A DNA stretch of 64,000 bases from the human T2T-CHM13v2.0 reference genome, Homo sapiens, in the NCBI RefSeq assembly GCF_009914755.1, contig NC_060938.1, one strand, 5' to 3'. Below the pieces are notes generated by a model, which ran no database searches, was not told where the DNA came from, and saw nothing but the letters and a program-made list of their open reading frames with translations. Positions 59,014-64,000 of the stretch are shown in pieces (position 1 is the first letter of the stretch; each line of letters starts with the position of its first letter). Both the position numbers and the translations under genes were made by a program.

Positions 59014-60678
59014 GAACCAGCCTGGAGCTGGGCCACCCTCTGGGCCGTGCCAACTTATTTAATTTTTGACCACTCTATGAGGGTGGTTGGTTGGTTGGTT
59101 GGTTGGCTGGTTGATTTTTTTTAATAAAGGATGAAACTGAGACTCAGGGAGTGACTTGGTCAAGAAAAATAGTAAATGGCAGAGCTAGAATTTGAACTCA
59201 GGTCCTCCAGGGTCACTCTACCATATGGCCTATGCAGTAGGGCAATAAACGTCTGCGGATTAACGGAGGATTCTGGAGAAACAAATCATCTCACCACATA
59301 ATGTTGGATTTTCCACACTTCTTAGTTCCTTGGCCCCAACTCCCCAAGGAGTGCCACGGAGGGAACTGAAATCTAGGAAGAAAGTGGCTTTTCATGCCTG
59401 AGGGTATTTTATTTCTGTTTCTGGGCCTTGTATTTAATCAGCCCAAGGCTCTCTGGAACTTCCTGCTTGTGGCTCTGACTGTCCTGGCCCTAGGGAGAGG
59501 TGTTCATCTGTTTCATGGGACGCTGTCCCCAGAACACTTCAGTTGTCAGTGAGACTATCACACAAGTTCCATTCATGACCTGGGTCAGTTCCTGTTACAA
59601 TAAAACCCGGATTAGGAAACTTTCCATTCTGCAGGACAGAAAGATTTTTCACGCCCTAGTGTATGGCCCACTTATTTTGAAAGCACAGTGAAGCATTATT
59701 AATTTAGACTTTGCAAATTCACAACTGCTGATGATGCCAGAAGTGGCTGAAATGGAGTGTACTTTAATCTAACCTTTACAAAAAACAAGGCAAGAAAGGA
59801 AAAGAGAGAGAAAGAAAGAAAAGGAGTTGTGTGTGGCCCTATGTGGGATGCTACAGAGATAAATGTGAGTAAGAGGTGGTCCCTATTCTCAAGGAGTTTA
59901 CAATCCAATAATATTTTTCTAACTAAGAAAAAAAATTTAACTTTCTAGGGGAAAAAAAGAGGGAGTTAATAAGAAAATTATAATAGAGTCCATAAACTAG
60001 TGTGGGCAGAAAATCTTATTTCCTTGGGCTTGGAAGGAATTTATAAAAGGTCAACTAACCCATCATATCTATGTTCTCACAACAAATTATTACGATTTCA
60101 TTCATTCAACATTCAATCATTTATCCATTGATTCGAGAACTATTTTTTTTTGCATGTTCCCTGGGTGCCAGGCCTGGAGTGAGGCACTGATTATTTGTAG
60201 AGATTTCAGAAGTTCACAGAACATATGTGCTTCCATACATGTTCTCATTCATTCAATGTTCCCCCCAACCCTACCCGATAAGACATGCTATTATTCCTGG
60301 GTCACTGCCCTCTGTAAGTACTTTCTGTGATATCCCCAAGACTTGAGTCGGTGCTGGGTGAGGACAGACAGCTCTCAAACCAACATGCCAAATCGGGTGA
60401 CTGCTCTCCCTCTTCAACCCCACCTCTGTCCTAGAAGGTAGCCCCATTAATTTTTGCATCAAGGGTCAGATGACAAGGAAGATGAGACTCCACCTCACCT
60501 TTTGGGAAGTGACTCATCTCTGTTCTGTGTGATTCTGACCCCACTGCCCTGGAGGATGTCCCAAACTGGACATGTGTCCAGGAAATGAGAGGAAACACCT
60601 ATGAAGGAAGCCCTTGCCCTTCAACCCCTGCCCAGGCCCCAAGTACAGGTGGAAGTTTCCAATGCGAAAGCCCATTAC

Positions 60679-60798
60679 CACTGCAATGAACGCCATCTTC
60701 CTCAAGTTCATATCCTGGGTCACAGCGGCAGATGAAAGAGCCGTAGGTGTTGACGCAGGTTTGCACGCAGGGGTTCTCGGTGGCACACTCGTTCACAT
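60679..60798 (-). CDS. FBLN5: Fibulin-5 exon 7 (calcium-binding EGF domain DVNECATENPCVQTCVNTYGSFICRCDPGYELEEDGVHCS)
   Basis: Translation matches fibulin-5 as I recall it and has the cbEGF six-Cys pattern. Acceptor ccacag|AT, donor GTG|gtaatg. 120 nt, phase 1-1. Exon number from recall. Confidence 0.97.
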
Positions 60799-61489
60799 CT
60801 GTGGAAAGCCAAGGCACATTGCTGACTGTCCTCCCAACAGAACAGCCACAATAACTAGGCAGAAAAAGCACCAGCAACGAAATCTACCACCACCAGGAGA
60901 CCAGAGTCCCAGGTACCAAGGCTCTCCACCCAGGACCTTTGGGAGCATGATCTTAGATCCAAAAGTGTTCACTTAAGGACCGGGGCCTCCATCCACATGT
61001 CCCTTCTGGGGTCAAAAGTCAGGCAAAGTGGAAACCATATGTATACACATGATATAAACATATACACATATACACCTGCTGGTAAGTCTATGCTCCAACG
61101 CACGCCCCCAACCAGGAATTTCCAGGCAATACCTGCTCCTTCCATCACCGGTTGCATTCCATCAGTGAACACCCCTCACCCTCACTGACTTGGAAGTTTC
61201 AGGTTAACAAATAACCATGATGATTCTAATAATATATTTATTATGCATAAATAACTTTGCTCATTAGGGAAGGATCCTGCACTCACTTGATCCTTACAAC
61301 GAGGACCATTGGCCCACTTTAGAGGTTAAGTAGGTTAAGGAGAAGACCACCAAGGGACACAAGGACTAATGGGAAATCCATTATCTTGAGTGTGGTGGTG
61401 GTGGTTTCATGCGGGTACACGTATGTCAAAATTAATAAAATCATGGTGCAGTTTATTATACACTGACTATGCATCAATAAGATTGTTTA

Positions 61490-62237
<748 letters not shown>

Positions 62238-62964
62238 TCAGGGGTTTTTCCACAAAAACCAAGATTCATTCTGCACAGCTCATCGTGCGGGGAGGGCAGG
62301 GAAGAGCCTCTTTCCCACTGGCATTGGTTGACCCATTGTAAGCACCATCCCACAATGCTCCATACACCAATGGCCAAAGTTCCAACTGAGAGATTTTCTA
62401 TCCTCTTCCCAAGTCCATGTAAACCTCTTAGGCCTCTGAAAAGAGATGTCAGTGTTTTCAGAGCTAAAAGCCTTCACGGTGAGCAGACTGAGAGGCTTTT
62501 CTTACAGGGGAGGCTAATCCCATGGCCACAAAGTTCCTGCCTCCTAGCATCTCTGGAGCTCTCAGGGAGAAAACAAATAAATGAACAGCTGTAGAGAGAG
62601 GGTCTAGCAAGACACTGGCCCCCACCAGTGCCCGTGGGAGGTTGGGGTTTCCCCACCGGGGACAGGAGGGGGTAGGAAAATGTCCACTGTGCTAAGCCAC
62701 TGAGTGCAAGTTCAGACAGGACAGTGCCGGCAAGTGTTAGGGCTGGTGGCCTCAGCCTCTGGCCAGGCGCTGGCCACTCGGAGGTGAATGAACTCATTCC
62801 ACCCCCTCACCGCTCTCAGCTGCTTCTGAAGAGCAGGGCGACCAAAATGATTCGGCCCCCCTGGGGTTCTCACTGCCCTTTCCTGCCAGCCCTTTCCAAA
62901 TGCCCTTCTGAATCTGCTGAGGGCACACAGGGCCCCACTCCAACCTGTTGGACAAGAAGTCTGG

Positions 62965-63150
62965 GCCCCTGGTTTTACTCTCAGATCTGCTACCACGTGG
63001 CTGTGTGACTTTGGCCAAGTTGCTTAACCTTTCTGAGCCTTTATTTCCTCAGTGAAGCAGAGCCACAAACACCTGCCTGCTGACCTCACGAGGCTATTTA
63101 TTATTTGGGTTCAGTGAGATGAACAGACGTGACAATGCTCTAGCGTGTAC
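62965..63150 (+). mobile_element. MIR
   Basis: gctgtgtgactttggccaagttgcttaacctttctgagcct MIR core. Confidence 0.75.
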
Positions 63151-64000
63151 AGCACTCTTCCACACACGAAGAGTCAGGATTGCAAAAGCTCACCGGAGTA
63201 TGCGACGCCCTGTGCTGCCCATGGGCCCTGCTGATGCAGCATCCCAGTGGCTGAGTGCCCATACCCAGGCCTGGGTGCCGGGCCTGCTGCTTTATTATGC
63301 TGTGGACTTGGCACTGCCAGGTGTATTATCTGCTCTTTGTCACACACCTGTCCCTCAGAGGCCTGAAAGACGCAGGCACCTTTTGGCTTGGGCATGGCTA
63401 TGCCTCAGGAGGTACTGGGGGCACGGTGCCAGCCTGTGGCTGGCACCTCCAATCCCAGGCCTTGGCACAGAGAAGCCTGCATCTGCCCTAAGCTGCTTAT
63501 CACAGCAGCAAGGGAGCCAGGCGCCCCCTCCTGCTCCAGTGGGAAGGAAGGGCCCTTGTTTATCCGCTTCCTCAACCTCCTGGCCTGGTGTCTACTCTCA
63601 GAAGAAAATGACCTCTTTTGGCGTGAGGAACACAGTCCAGAATTCTTGGAACAATTAGCAGAACAAGCTTTGGAGGAGAGACTTAGAAAGAATCCAGGGT
63701 CAAACTCTTTAACACTGATGCCTTCCTATTTACCGATGATTTAGATACAATTAAAGTAAAGGAGACCTAATAGCCTCCAAACTCAATGGCCAGGAGCCTG
63801 CCAGCCAGAACTCCAAGGGTGAATGAAACAAGGAAATGGGCCCTGCAAAGCCTGAGGTCTCCAGACAAAGACCTCATTCTGCGTCTGCAGCACTGCCTCC
63901 AACTCCAACCTGGGCCAAGCAGCTGCCAGGGGCTGGAGGCCTGGGCCGGGAGCTGGAATTTGAGGGGGAAGTCGGGGGCCAAAGCAGGATTTGCGCTAAT

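Noticed and set aside
63119-63658. 179-aa ATG ORF antisense in FBLN5 intron 6
   Set aside because: Starts in a MIR, lies in GC-rich intron, no recognisable domain or supporting promoter.

Overview
Human (primate) genomic DNA, recognisable as the TC2N / FBLN5 junction at 14q32. The right third holds the last five coding exons (7-11) and 3' UTR of fibulin-5 (FBLN5) on the minus strand. Exon lengths (120/123/127/196/162 coding nt), GT-AG sites and phases join into the known C-terminal half of fibulin-5. About 2 kb past the FBLN5 poly(A) signal, on the same strand, is a TATA+Inr promoter with a non-coding first exon, next to an ERV1 solo LTR. At 9.2-10.3 kb is a CpG-island promoter with a 20-bp G-rich VNTR. 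I assign both promoters to TC2N from recalled gene order; no TC2N coding sequence is in the window. The rest is intron rich in Alu, L1, L2, MIR, MaLR/ERV LTRs and MER DNA transposons; repeat boundaries and subfamilies were judged by eye. No RNA genes or CRISPR-like arrays were seen. I found no clearly new biological system. The best leads are: (1) a duplicated segment in FBLN5 intron 7 whose two copies each frame a 45-nt, in-frame, stop-free AG..GT cassette; (2) a 140-codon alternative frame in the last exon, reachable by skipping exons 9+10, which are bracketed by inverted Alus; (3) the compact FBLN5 poly(A) / LTR / TATA-promoter junction.
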